Below, one piece after another: positions 36,877-50,178 of a stretch of DNA of 64,000 bases. The DNA comes from Ophelia neglecta (taxonomy: Eukaryota). Position numbers and translations under genes: made by a program. The stretch spans positions 8,308,001 through 8,372,000 of the forward strand of contig OZ260667.1 of the NCBI GenBank assembly GCA_965285935.1. Reading direction: 5' to 3'. Under the pieces are notes generated by a model, which was not told the origin of the DNA, searched no databases, and saw only the letters and a list, made by a program, of their open reading frames with translations. Every line of letters starts with the position of its first letter. Within the stretch, counting starts at the first letter, position 1.

Positions 36877-38309
36877 CAGACATGGGGCGAATACACTTGA
36901 AATGTATTCGAATACGAATACTTAATAATCTCACGAATACGAATACGAATACGAATACAGCAGTTTTCAAATGTATTCGAATACGAATACAAATACTTTC
37001 AAAAGTATTCATGAATACATTCATGAATACTTTGGGTTGTGTTTGCCATTAAATGGATTATATATCAATTAGATTATATAGCAATTTAATATTAATTAAA
37101 TTATATATTATTGATTACACTACCTGATATAAAAGGTATAGACTAACAAAAACTTTATTAAATGCCTCAACAAATTACACTGATACGGATACTATGCAAT
37201 GTACTAGGAGAAAAATACACACTTTAATGATAAAATATCATTGGCCTTTCTACATATACTGTCCCATGTATTTAGTGCATTTTGCCCATGTCAAAGACAT
37301 CAATTTTACATATTTAGCACTACTTTTTAGAAACATGAGATTGTCAGACAAAGTTAAAAACTTTTTATCTGACAATGTGCATCGTTCGGGGCAATAAAAC
37401 ATTGTATGTGCCTTGTATCTTCCTGTTGTATTGTCTGGATGTTTGAAGTGGCTAGCCACAACAGATACTGCCACGGTTTCACCTGAGGACTACAAATTCA
37501 GCTAATGTGTACTGTTCGTCTTGGAGGTTGAACACTGATTATGATGAGATAGCTCAGGCCTAAATACAGCTTCAAGAACATGGTTACTCGTCAAATTTAG
37601 CCAATCACCACACCTCTACTGGTATTAAGGATGTACAAAAGTGCCATATGTATGTGTGAAAATCAACATTCAGGTCCAATTCACTGGTCTCCACTTTGCA
37701 CCAAGTTCAGGAGTATTAATTGAAATTGAACCTGTGACCAAGGAAGCACTTGGTAAAGCTTGAAACTGATCTTGCCAACGCGACCAGGGTACAAGGCATC
37801 TGTCTTTGAACACTCTCTTTCCCTAATTCCTAGACTTAAGACAATTGATTGGTCTGTTAAATATCATACTCTCAACCATTGTCTCACCTGATCACTTGAT
37901 TAGTATGCTAAATATCATATTGTCAGACAATTTCAGTCATTGTCTCACCTCAATCCAAACATCACACTGATCAATGGGACTTTCAAAACTACCAAACTAA
38001 CAAAGCAGTCTCAACTATCTGTTTTAGGTTCCAGCATGGAAATAAAAATAGATTTGGAAATTCTAAGATCAGTTAGTTAAATTAATTAAGTTTTTCTTTA
38101 AAAGGGTTCTAATGGTAAATTTATATATAAATATTTATTATTGTATTCACGAATGTATTCAGGAATATGAATACATTTGAAATGTATTCGAATACGAATA
38201 CGAATACATTGGCTTTTTTCAAAATGTATTCGAATACGAATACGAATACAGCATTTTTGTATTCGAATACATTTGAATACGAATACTGAATACGAATACC
38301 CCATGTCTG
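36877..38309. mobile_element. Non-autonomous hAT-type DNA transposon
   Basis: TIR CAGACATGGGG / CCCCATGTCTG; perfect 8-bp TSD GCCTGTTG (36869-36876, 38310-38317); subterminal (CGAATA)n arrays. Confidence 0.9.
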
Positions 38310-40631
38310 GCCTGTTGACCTTCTTTTGGGTCATTAGAAAGATTGAACTGAACTTTTATTCTTAAATTGTGGCCTGATGGTCATTTGCCCGTGGTCAAAT
38401 GATGTGTATATAATTTTGGAATATTCAGCCCTCGCTTCTAAAGTAGCGTTTGTAGGAATACGGTGGTGTTTAAGGTTGTTTATAACCTCCATACCCGGAA
38501 TTCCATGTTTCTTAGTACCACATTGACCGAAAATGTATTGAAAGGCCATTGACTTAGCTCACGTGTCTACCAAATGGCCTTACGCTTTTATCAACTACGA
38601 TACATAAGGTTTAAAAACACCGGTCTGTATTTATTGATATTGGCTTTTGTATTAACTTTCTCCCTTCCATAGGCCGGTATAGCTCCAAATAACATAGTTG
38701 GAACTTTAAAACCTAGAGTAGCCACATTTAACTCATTTCTCAATGAATGTGTTATGGGTTTGATTGACAAAATTGACCATGATTTTGACAAAATCCCGCA
38801 CTGATTGCCTAAAACTGATTAAAAACATATATGATTCGACCCAGTGTTTCTGTAATCAAATGTTGAATCAAAAGTTGCATTTTAGCAGATTTTTTTAAGG
38901 CAATCATTTAACCGATAAGAATGTAGTTATTTTTCAAAGCTTTATTTTCAAGGGGAATTTTATATTTGTCATAAGGGATTATACATACTTTCAACAACCC
39001 TGCAACTTGAACAATCATACTCGTCAAAGGGGGTTATGCTTATGTATCTTAAGTTCAGCCCTAGTTGGCGGCAATTGGCAATACGTACCAACCTAAAATG
39101 TTCATCTATTCGAGTCCTTAACCAAAATGCCATAGTTTCTTGTCGGAAAATTCGAATATTATGATGTATTCCTTTAAATTTTTAGAAGTAACTGCTTTAA
39201 TTTATTAAAAATGCCTGTATATATAAAGCAATTTTGAAAGGATGTTTATTAAAGCAAGATCGGTAAAATTAAACTTAACAAAGCATTTCAGTTGTATATA
39301 ATTTATTTTAGAATTAGCAATGACCATTTTGTTTTTGGCCACAAGAATGGACATGGTAGTTTATTACAGTTAGACCAGTCAATTATTGTCTAGTTCCTTG
39401 GTAATAATGTCATTTAGATGACATGTAAGATTTGAGGGTTCAATAATATAAATGGGACTATGTAGTGTTGTGTAGACAGCTTTTGTTATAAGTCTAAATA
39501 AACCATCAAAATTGCTTATATTGTTCATAGAAATTATGAACTGAGTGCTTAGAATGGATGGATGTTGGCCCCAGTTGTGACTACTGATAGACTTTAGTAG
39601 ATGTGAAGTTTTCTACTTGCTCACTTTGTTTGCGATAATATATATAACTTATAAAGAATGGTTGTGTGTAATGCTTTTCTAGTTAAGGTTATCTCGTATG
39701 CTATTTTGATCCTTAGTTTCGAATGCCTTAGCCAAGTGCACGATAACATTGATAGGTGTTTTAACTTTATCTACTTCAGTAACAGTTCGATCAAATAATT
39801 CTAATGTGGAGAGTTCACTTAACTCTCGAGAACTCAGATGAAAATAAAACATATTTTATTTTTTATTTTCTTAGTTAAAAAAAGGTAAATGGTACATTCC
39901 CAATATTAATAGCGCCGATCAAACGATTCTAATTTACAAATGCAGCCATCACGACAGAAAAGTAAAAGCATCATCTTTTATTAACAAGCAACCCCTCATA
40001 GCCGTAATGACATCACTTGTCGTGCAATGCTACTCCGTTTCCTATGGGTGCGAATCTGCTTCATTTTCAGTCGTTTTAAATGCTACTCCTTATCATCTAA
40101 ACAAGGTTAAGCGTTCAAATGCTATTCAATGTAGTCAATATAGCTAAAACTGCTCCTGTCCTAATGATATAACTTATACAAAGCGATTCTCCATAAGTAC
40201 ATGAATTATTATAATATACTTTTAATTGTAGGCATACAAAAATACCAAATTAATAGCGTAAAGTAAAATGTCATAGGTAAGAAAACGGATATATGTTAGT
40301 AAATACGATTATGCGCGTTACTCCCTCTCGAATATCGAATGTGTATAGGTTATGTCACCACAATAACATGTAATATACAATGACATACAAGAATTAAACA
40401 AACCGGCATTCAGTCATTGAAATTAACAATTCTAAATCCACTTCATCTATCAATTATGTAACAAATATATGAAAGTAAATATATCACCGTTATGATCAGC
40501 GTTGTTTTAATTATTGAGATTAATTACATTATTAACTGATTTTCTGTTAGTCGTTAGTGTGGCAGTCCCTTGTATTGAATCACTTTTGTTGAATTTGAAA
40601 TGTATTCGTTTGTTCGCGTGATACTGTAATA

Positions 40632-41093
40632 CTATTGATACTGCGAGGGACCCCATTCGATCTGATCCAGATAACCAGGTCCACCCTCGTCCATTCTTCT
40701 CTGCCCGTCTCCAGGATGGGTCATATGCAAATACCCCAAGTCATTTTCTTGTCTATGGCTAGTACCCATGTCAAGTCCTGCCGCAGGATTCACGACTCCT
40801 CTTTGATGAATCTGTCCTCTTGTTTCTTCGTTCATTTGTTCGACGAACCCTTCCATATCGGTACCTATACTGACACTTGTTACAACCGCGGCCATATTTA
40901 TGCCATTTCTCTCACGTCTCTTACTCGGGGGCGTTGGTTTCCTTCTTTTCCATATACAAGCACCAATAAGGAAAGCCAAGTTCATAAACACCAACCCTGC
41001 CACTGAGCATCCAATGATTATGGAAAGACTGATGGTGCCTTCGTTGTAACGAACAACACCTACTTGGTGTAGGGAGCTGTACCCAATTTGAAC
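40632..41093 (-). CDS. Gene 2 terminal exon: transmembrane helix and cytoplasmic tail
   Basis: IIIGCSVAGLVFMNLAFLIGACIW followed by KRRK; tail contains GYLHM and GYLDQI. Confidence 0.88.
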   Translation of the reverse strand, partial: VQIGYSSLHQVGVVRYNEGTISLSIIIGCSVAGLVFMNLAFLIGACIWKRRKPTPPSKRRERNGINMAAVVTSVSIGTDMEGFVEQMNEETRGQIHQRGVVNPAAGLDMGTSHRQENDLGYLHMTHPGDGQRRMDEGGPGYLDQIEWGPSQYQ

Positions 41094-44000
41094 CTATAAT
41101 GTCAATAACTTTGAAATGATATGTTACAACGATTAGATTCAAATTCCAAGGATTTTTAAATATAAAAACAATGCACAAAAAAACAGTGTTCCTCACCAGA
41201 AGGTAATATCTGTTTGTTCCTAAATTATGCTCGTCCGGTTTCTGGGTTGGTGGTGTATAAGGCGGGAGACACAGCAGTTCATTGTCCAGTAACTCGTCTA
41301 TCGTACACTGACCATGTCCTAATGTCACATTGTAGTCATTTACTGTGCAGCCTCTAGTCATCGATTTACCCTACAACATAAGAACTTATTTTATAACGCG
41401 AAATACCATACAAACTCCACAGAAAACATATCCAAGGTAAGAATATAAAAGGACCCAGTTACTGTACTCCTTTCATATTTAAAAACCTGTCTAAATGCCT
41501 CTGAGTAATGTATTGTGTCAAGAGACTTTATAATCCAAGTTGACGGTTCCTGACGATTTTGGACAGATTTAGTTGAATATTCTTAGTGAGTCATTTTGCA
41601 TTGTGTGCTGGTATCCACTGTCGCTTTTTTCAACACCTTTATCTGTGAATTATTTGACAAAACCTTCCTACCTCAATGGAAAAGTATTTCCCAGGTTCGA
41701 TAACCCTTTCCTCAAATCCATTGATTATAGGATCAGAGAAGAGTTGCAGTTGACTATATTCAGGGAGTGTAGCTGTGAGGTTTCTGTATGTTGGGACTCC
41801 ATCCAGTGACAAGCCCAGGTACAACTCGTAGTAGTCGACCTGGTCCTCTCTAATGTAACCTGTCGTGTTGGGAGTCCGGCATTTCATCTTGCTAAACGTG
41901 ACAGTGTCTTTGTCGCATGGCTTTCAAGGCAAATGACAAAGGTCATAAAAAAGCATGTCTCCCTTGTGAACGGATTTGTTACATAATTCTACTTTTCTGG
42001 ATTTATGATTTGTATTTATCTGCCGGGTATTAACTCTGATTGTCTCTTTTATTATCAAAATATCATAACGATGTTAACATATATGTTTAGTATTAAGATA
42101 ATTTGTATTGCCTTGGGATGATTAATACATTGAATACACTGAAATGTCATCATTTTATTTACTGTATTTGGTATTTTTTATTTTCATGTTCTATGCCACA
42201 AGAAAAGTCGCGCCTATGATACATACTGGCGTTCTGACGGATCAATGGTAAAAAATGTAAGGAACATCACATATGAGGTATTTTCTGCCGAAAGGTGGCC
42301 GTTTTGGGTATGCGTAGCCGAAGATCATAATTTAGGTTCGCATAGCTTACGCAAGAAGATTGAAATGGTAGTAGCCTCAATGGCATCGTATGGTATTCCC
42401 GACATAAAAGTCACCCGAAAAATATATGTGTTAAATTTGAAGGATATATTCTGGTCCTCTTTTGATTATTCCTGTTCAAAAACGATAAAGCTACAGAGTG
42501 ACTGTTTACCAACTCTTCAACTTGACCGATATAAACAGTATATGTATAATTTATCACAAGGCATATACTATATACAATATATGATTGACGCAACACTATC
42601 GATATAAAGTTGCCGTCCAAGTCCTATATCAAACATTTTCAAACCTCTTGTCGCGAAGCCCTTCAGGGTCCTCTGATGGTTTTTACACAGGCAGTAGTGT
42701 AGTGAAAAGTTGTTATTTTAAGACTTACTTTAGTCAGTTCTATCTGTTTGGTTTTTGCTGCCTGGTTCTTGGTAGACAGTGTGAGCTTCAGAGCAGGATC
42801 CGATACTGAATCTAAATAACGGCCTTCGACTGTTAATTTTGTACCACCACTGTCGGGGAAGAATATGGTTACATTATTGAAATATAATTAATAAATGTTT
42901 CGTGGTTTTAGAACAAAAGTCTTTTAATAAAAACAAAAAGTTATTTAGTATTTAAATTATTCGCCCTAATAATTAAATAAAGTATTCTAAGAAGCAGTAT
43001 CCTATTTGTATTAGCGCCAATCTAACCACATCCCCTCCCTTCAGTTTTGTACCGAAACAATTGTAACTAACTGTGTGTTGGCGGTAAACCAGAACAGTAT
43101 CATTCATACATATACACATTAACACAGATTCTGAAAGATTGACGGTATAAATCATTCTTGTGATTGATATGCACAAATATATGCGCAAACGACACAGACG
43201 TCTTTTTGTGTCGATTTAAGCCACCATAAAAGGAGTAAACCGGAACCTTATGAACACAGTGCGGAAGCCTGTTATTCGATTTTCGGGTATTGAGACAATT
43301 CAATATAGCTTCTTCGTTGTGCGTTATCAACTGTTGTAAATAGAAACTACGGACATTGTTGGCAAATGAATAAGCGATAGGGGAATATTTGTTTAGGGAC
43401 ACAAAACTACATTGGCATCTGAATACTTAATGTACTTAAAGTTAGCTCAAATCTTTGATAGACTACTTTTGTATTTGGATGAATTGAATTTAGGCAGAAC
43501 TCGGACTACAAAATGTACTGTAAAGTACCTTCGTATGGTTTCAAGTGGGTATATGTTCGATACCATTGGGTCCGGTTTATATGTGAAGGTGAATGATGAG
43601 TTAATAGAGGAACCATCCTTCAACTGGAGTGTGATCGACAATGCTTCTTCTGTCACCAATCCCTTTGGTGTCAAGAAGGTAATTGCGGTAGGTGTCCTGT
43701 GGGATAAGAATGTAATTTCAAAACTCAATTGTTTGTTGATGAGTATCGTATCGTCTTACTAATCTATGATTGCTATGTCCGTCGCCTAACTGCAGCTAGT
43801 AATTTACATTAACCGTCAAATTAATTGGACATAACTCTTCTTACTACGCTATATTTAAGGCGAAAAACATATCGAAATATCGCGAGATGTTCACCAGTTA
43901 GTGATGTTAAAATCGAGCCACATTTACTCAGCTTCGACAAAAAGAAAGGTCCTCATATCACTGCTATTATGGTAGTAAACATTCCATCGTGAAAAGTCAT

Positions 44001-47000
44001 ATAATACCATTGGTATGTAGAAATTCGCACTGCTCCAATTTTGATTGATCCTAGTTGTTTTGGTCGGAGATTTATCACGTTAATTGTTAGCTCACTACCG
44101 CCTGATATCGGACCATCTTGGGGTAAAACCCCAGTCACTTAAAAAGAAAGTTGAATCCATAAAAATAATGCAATCGTTCCAAGTCGTTCCATGAGCTAAT
44201 TTTCAACAACAACGTGTCAGCCAACCTCCATTGTGATCCTTAAATACCTGAAAAGTCACTACGTGAAGGGCTCCCCATATTCGCTACACTCTAGTGGGTA
44301 CATACATTCAGAGACCAGTATCCTATGTTATTCCCACATATAGTGCTTTTATTAATACTTCACCGACATTTTAATACATAAAAAAATCATTGTTGTATGT
44401 CCTATGGAGTACAGCAACCGCTCTTTTTAGCAGAAATCGGAAACAGGTTGATACTCTCCCGAACCACTTTATCCTTATAGCCTACTTGTAGTTTATATTA
44501 TTAGATGATAATTCTTTATGTATAAAATCAATGCTGTTTATGTGGGTGGATGTTAGAATGTATGAAAGGAAGGCATTTCATTAATTCTGGGTGGATGTTA
44601 GAAGACATAAGAGAATAAACTGTGGGTTGATGTAAGAAGATATCAAAGAAAGGCACTACATAAACTCTTGGTGAATCATGTTATGGTGATAAGATGAAAA
44701 GGCACTTTACCTTGGGGTATCGTTCTTTTACTGACCGCTGCAAGCATTATGGACAAAACAAAACACATGAATCATTATTTGCATTTGTTTTGTATGGGGT
44801 ATATACAATTCCATGCGAGAATATTATTGTTTAGTGTTGTCACAACATACACACACTTGTATCAAAATGTTTAGTTTATTCGAGCATAATTCGGAGGTGT
44901 CAATCCTGAAAGGGCTTCGGCGACAGCGAGGACAATGAAAGCAATACATTACCTAGAGGAAGCAATGCAATTTAACTACATTTCACTGAAATTCCACAAT
45001 GACTTCCACATACATGTAACTCACATGGTTTCTGAACGGATTTAGCCCCGTTGAACCCCTCGAACTGTTTCGTTCACACAGCATTTAGGCAATTCATATA
45101 TTTACCCTGATTGAATTGCAACATTTAGTTTCCGAGTTAGTTTCGTCGATGAAAAGATGCATTGTCCCTTTTGACAAATTGCTATAACATATAATGATGT
45201 TAACAAAAGACCTTGGATTACCATCGCATATCACCCCTGCATCAAATTCATGAGTGCAGCTGTGCTCTCCAGGAATTCTGCGGGGACAGGACGCCAGATA
45301 ATATTCTGACCCGATGCACTCCGTAGAACTGTGCCACACATGTCCAATCCCGGGGCCGAAATAGGCATTTGATTTAGCCTCCCCTCCGCTGTATCCAAGC
45401 TCTCTACACACCACTCTGGAATACGAATGTACATAAAGAATGGATAATATACCGAGAAAAAGGCACAAAAAGGTAAAATATATTATCCTGGTGTAATAAT
45501 GTATCTTTGCCGATGTTGAAAGATGTTCGTGCCTCTGTTTTGCTGACAAAAAAAAAATTCCGATTTGTTATGGATTTCCAGATTTGTTTAAATGAAAAAG
45601 GCTTCTCGATAAAGTATCCACCATCTCATTTAAAGGTCATATTGAGACATTTGATGAAAATATTTCAAATAAATTAGTGCATTTTTAGTAATAGTTTACC
45701 TTTTTTCGAGGAAAAATTATGGATTGACTGTATTTTGTTATCCCAGTCAATTATTCTTAAAGTGAAAGATGACTAACCATTTTGTATTTTCATCGTATGT
45801 CAGTCACATTATGCAAGCATTCGTCTTATTGGAGAAAAGGTTATTTGAGAGGAAAATTGATTTATCAATTGGTCAGTTGCTCCTTCTTAGTCATGATGTC
45901 AAATGGCTGTACATCAATCTATGCATACCTGGCATCATTGTCATCCCAGTCTTTACCACAAACAGTCCCCCAGGAGCCATCGTAGTAAACCTCAACACGC
46001 CCTGCATATTTAGTGACTCCACCAACTATTCGAACTGCATCTGCAAGTCAGAGACAGTGTAAGTTCTACTATTCAAAATATTGTTGTGACGTCTCTCCAT
46101 TGTTTAAGCACTAGATTCGGAAGCACGAAACTACTGTAGCTACATGAACTGTTACCGTAGATTCGTGCATAGGAATCTACTGCCTAAAATATTTCAAAAC
46201 ATAACATAACAAATTAAGCAATATTGCACCCGGTTTATTGCCCTTCAATTGAATCACCCTGCGATACGTGCGCTGTGTGCCTGGCACTGGCGATCTCCGA
46301 GAGCGACATGCGAACGGAACCAGTGTATGAGTATTTTCTTGTTCTCAGAAGAGCACGGGTACTACGCTGGCCACAGCACACAGTGTGAGGTCCCTTTATA
46401 CTGAGGCAGTTAAAATTGACTTGGCTTTGCCCTGACACCGGCTGGTGTAATTATTTATAACGTATTTGCATCGCTATAACAGTAATTTTTTTTTTGCCCT
46501 GCCGTGGATGGTTCAACAGTTGCAACACACTGAATTCCCATTGTAAATGATCTCTGATTTTTAACTTTTTGCGTTTTTCCAATATGCCGCCCTCTTTTTC
46601 TGGTTGATATTGGACGGATGTTGTATTTGGATACGTCCCCACCATCGGACAATTGACTCCCAGTAATAGATTCGTAGAGGTCGAATCACCTGCTTGATGG
46701 CGATATTTTCCACATCATCCAGATCTGGGATTATGCCTTGTATACGTTTAGAAATTCTGGTCACAGTCTGGATTACACATGGTTTAAAGAGTTGAGAAAT
46801 CTGGCCCAAAGGAACGTAATAAAATTGAAGAAAACAAAAAATGATTCAAAGGGTTAATGGTTGTGCTTAAAAATGATGTCTATTCTAGGTTGGTAAATCT
46901 AATTGTTTAATGAATATAGGCATGAGATCGTACAATGATTAACACTTTCTTCTGTCTGTAAAATTAGTAGGACGAATACCAAGAATATAATCCATATTAA

Positions 47001-50000
47001 TAATATTCGTGTCGGATTCAACAGAGATAGTACCGGGGGCATTGTGAAACCACATATCTTTATCTTGTCATTTGTAAATTATGTGGTGCCGAGAGTGCTC
47101 AAGCAGGCCCCCTCTTGAATTCTGTCGGTTTTAAGATTTAACAAATGAAATAAACATATTGACTAGCACAATAAATATGATGGTAGCTGGTGTTTGTAAA
47201 CACATTATACTTTTTGGCTGATTTACAAGGATCCAAACCAATGGCAGTGTACTGTAAGTAATTCTTTTCATCCAGTTGTACTGAATATTAACTTTCATGG
47301 GTAGTTTGATTGAATGCCACGATGCATTAACTTTGGTTAACCCAGATCATACATTGCATGGTGGCTTAATACATTGGGTTAGGACCAGCAAGTATCCTTT
47401 AGTGCACTTACCTAAAATTGATCATTAGGTTTAACGTTCATTTAATATTGTAGTGTAAGTAAAATAAATGTTTACCTGTTATTGAACACAAACATTCCGC
47501 CCTTGTGCCACAAGTTATACTCAACCAATTAAATCCACCACCTTGAAATAAGCAACTGCCTGATACATTTTTCGGGTAACCTGTGCACACAAAAACAAAG
47601 ACAAGGTAATAGTTACTTCTCTGCTGCCTAGAACACATATACGGTTTGTGGTTTAAAATATCTTACCACTCTTTGTCCTAGTTTTTGGAGAAAAAACATA
47701 TTTACTTTATGAGAATTAATAAACGGTTTATTACCTATTCTCTTATATAAACATAGTCAATACAAAAAGAGAATTTTTTGTTCCATTCCATTAATCAAAA
47801 ATAGTTTGGAGCTGTTTCAAAAACGGGAATAGTTTATTAAATTTCAAGTTAATGGCACAATTATCAACGTTAACTCATAAAACTGGCAGGAGGGAGTGGT
47901 ATTTTCCCATCCGCCATTATAAAATGTAGTTATTTCAAAATAACCTACATATTTATATTTACTTAATACTTGTAATTCTTAGACACGCCACATGCGGCCT
48001 ATGCATCATTGTAGGTATAGCGAAACTAGCTAGATGAATTGGTGAATTGGCCGTTTGTTGGCTGCCATTTGACTGAGGTTAGGGGAGGGCCTCTCCTGGG
48101 CAGGAGCCTAGAATAGAGGGGGGCCAAGGGTTCTACTTGATTCTTTTTTCAGGGGATATTTGAACGACTGCATGCAACCGACAGGCTGATGAATTTACCC
48201 TTTTATCCAAAAAGCACTTCACTTACTATGATCTATAATAAATGTTGTGTTACGGACGTGTGATAACATACAATTATTCAATGCTCCACATACAAATGGC
48301 AATTTTAAGAAAAGCGTTTATCTAGGATACACATGAAACTTTCATTTCAATATCATTTACATTATGGAAAGGGGCCACAGAAGGAGTTCATGTTATGGTT
48401 TTTATGGTGTATAAATTGGTCCAAGATATGTATTTTCGGTTCTGGTTATTATCGTTAAGCAATAAGAGTAAAGGCAAATGTTCAGGAAACCGCATGTAAG
48501 ATTAAAACGCCACCACATCATAATTCCAGCTGCTGCATGCGATATGGTGGAGTTAAACTAATATATATTTTAACATTGAAACATGGGTATGTGAGTGTAC
48601 TGTCACAGGGGACTCACCGGAGTTCCATTGTGTCCATCCAAAGGGGGTGCCGTCCCGCCAGGTCCAGTGAAAGTTCCTATCATTAGTGCCTCCCAGCCAT
48701 ATGGAACTCCCGCCTGATACCTCTATGGATAGTAAGCTATAGTTATTGATCACTGAGGGTGTTGCAATGGACTGGGCTTTTGAACCAATGGACCAAATAT
48801 AGGTGAAAGCAGTTAACGAAGGAGATCCGCCTCAAACCTGTATACGAATACTACTGGCCACTTAATACCACCGATAGAACCGTCGAAGGCATAGGCAAGT
48901 GATTTTTTCGGCATATGTCAAATGACCGTCTACCAAATATTTACATTACATCTGTCGCGGTGTGCAGTGTACTCCAAGTAGACTCCAACAAGGCCCATAA
49001 CAGATATATACAATTGTTAATTACTTACTATTAATAAATTCGTTTTCCTCTGGCGATTTAGCAAACGTTATTGAGGCTCCGAGAGATTCACAATACCGTA
49101 CTGCTCCTCCATATGTTGAAAAACATTTTTTATATATATAACAGCCGCGAACTTTGTCATTATAGCTCCAGCCTACGTCACAGTCTGAAAATGATAATAG
49201 AAAGATTCTCACAGTCAGTATCTTCTGATGTTGAATATTCGTGTTGAAGCAGGGAGCGGCCCAGCTTCTTGTATACGATCAACATTGTTTCAGGCTATCA
49301 GTTGTGACGCTCTCGCAAGAAAACACTCGATTTAAAAGTATGTTTACTACCGCTGAAAATATAGGTTCACAAATGAAGAAAAGTGTTGACTGCGTCCAGG
49401 CATACTTCATTTGATTCTACGACATGAGGACTACTTTTTAATTACGGTTGTACCCTACCACTTAGGGTCAAGTCGTATAATACAAAAAGGTATAAAATAC
49501 CATAGGTGATTAGTTTACAAGGATACACTCCCTGGAGAGGGGGGGGGGGCTGTTTCCTACACCAAACGGATATGTGATGCCCAGCCTCCGCAAATTATTC
49601 CCTCGCCATTTACAAAATTCGGACGCTATAGTCATTTGCAAAAAAATGCTGATTTTGCTTGTTTTTTGTTTATTTTTTTTCAAACAAGTCTTAGGCTTAA
49701 TTTTTGCTTCGTTAGCCTATGATGTGAGCAAGTAATTTGTTTCTGTTTTTTTTCTTGCTAATTCAGTCTAATGATTTGTAGTATTCTTGATAAAGCTAGG
49801 TTCCTTTTTTCAGCCGGGATAAAACTAGATCGTAGCCATTACCGAAATCATGAAGAACACACCCCTTACGATTTAAGAATTCGCGAAAAGACACCCCTTA
49901 TAGGCAACATATACCCGTGCAGGAATATGATGTATGTCCCCCCCCCCCCCCCCACACACACACTGCTCGGAAAACATTACACTTCCTAGAGCAGTCAGCA

Positions 50001-50178
50001 TAAGCAGTAAAGTACCTGGAAGACACCCCCCCCACCCCCCCACCCCCCCCCCCCGCCGTCTCCTAGTAAGGGAAATACAGGACCTACCTTCTGGGTATAA
50101 TCCATGAGCATGTGATGCGCACATACATGCGATTTGTAGGATGGTCCAACAAAGCTTAAGGAAAACAGCTTGCGCCAT
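40632..50178 (-). CDS. Gene 2: C-type lectin - SRCR - IPT/TIG stalk type I membrane receptor, about 697 aa
   Basis: Exons 50178-50088 (signal MAQAVFLKLCWTILQIACMCASHAHG), 49184-49029, 48722-48618, 47580-47476 (CTL), 46040-45929, 45415-45222 (SRCR), 44737-44711 (linker), 44137-44008, 43696-43529, 42849-42729, 41920-41672, 41370-41197 (IPT), 41093-40632 (TM and tail). Total 2094 nt, all GT-AG and phase-compatible. Confidence 0.88.
41197..44137 (-). CDS. Gene 2 IPT/TIG domains, plexin/MET-like stalk (5 exons)
   Basis: VTGVLPQDGPISGGSELTI; FTFTYKPDPMVSNIYPLETIRSGGTKLTVEGRYLDSVSDP; MKCRTP; VTLGHGQC.....NELLCLPP. Confidence 0.85.
45222..46040 (-). CDS. Gene 2 SRCR domain (2 exons)
   Basis: AVRIVGG...AGRVEVYYDGSWGTVC...WD..DAR / VVCRELGY...AYFGPG.G..W....C.GSE..L..C......SC.H..DAGVIC is canonical 6-cysteine SRCR. 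Confidence 0.95.
47476..49184 (-). CDS. Gene 2 C-type lectin domain (3 exons)
   Basis: DCDVGW....GCY...YC...GA...S.EENEFI / IWLGG.....WTWRDGTPFGWTQWNSG / YPKN...C...W...C......C. Confidence 0.9.

Noticed and set aside
36806-38365. CIRIRIRI ORFs and a possible CRISPR-like array
   Set aside because: (CGAATA)n subterminal repeats of a hAT element; no unique spacers, eukaryotic context.
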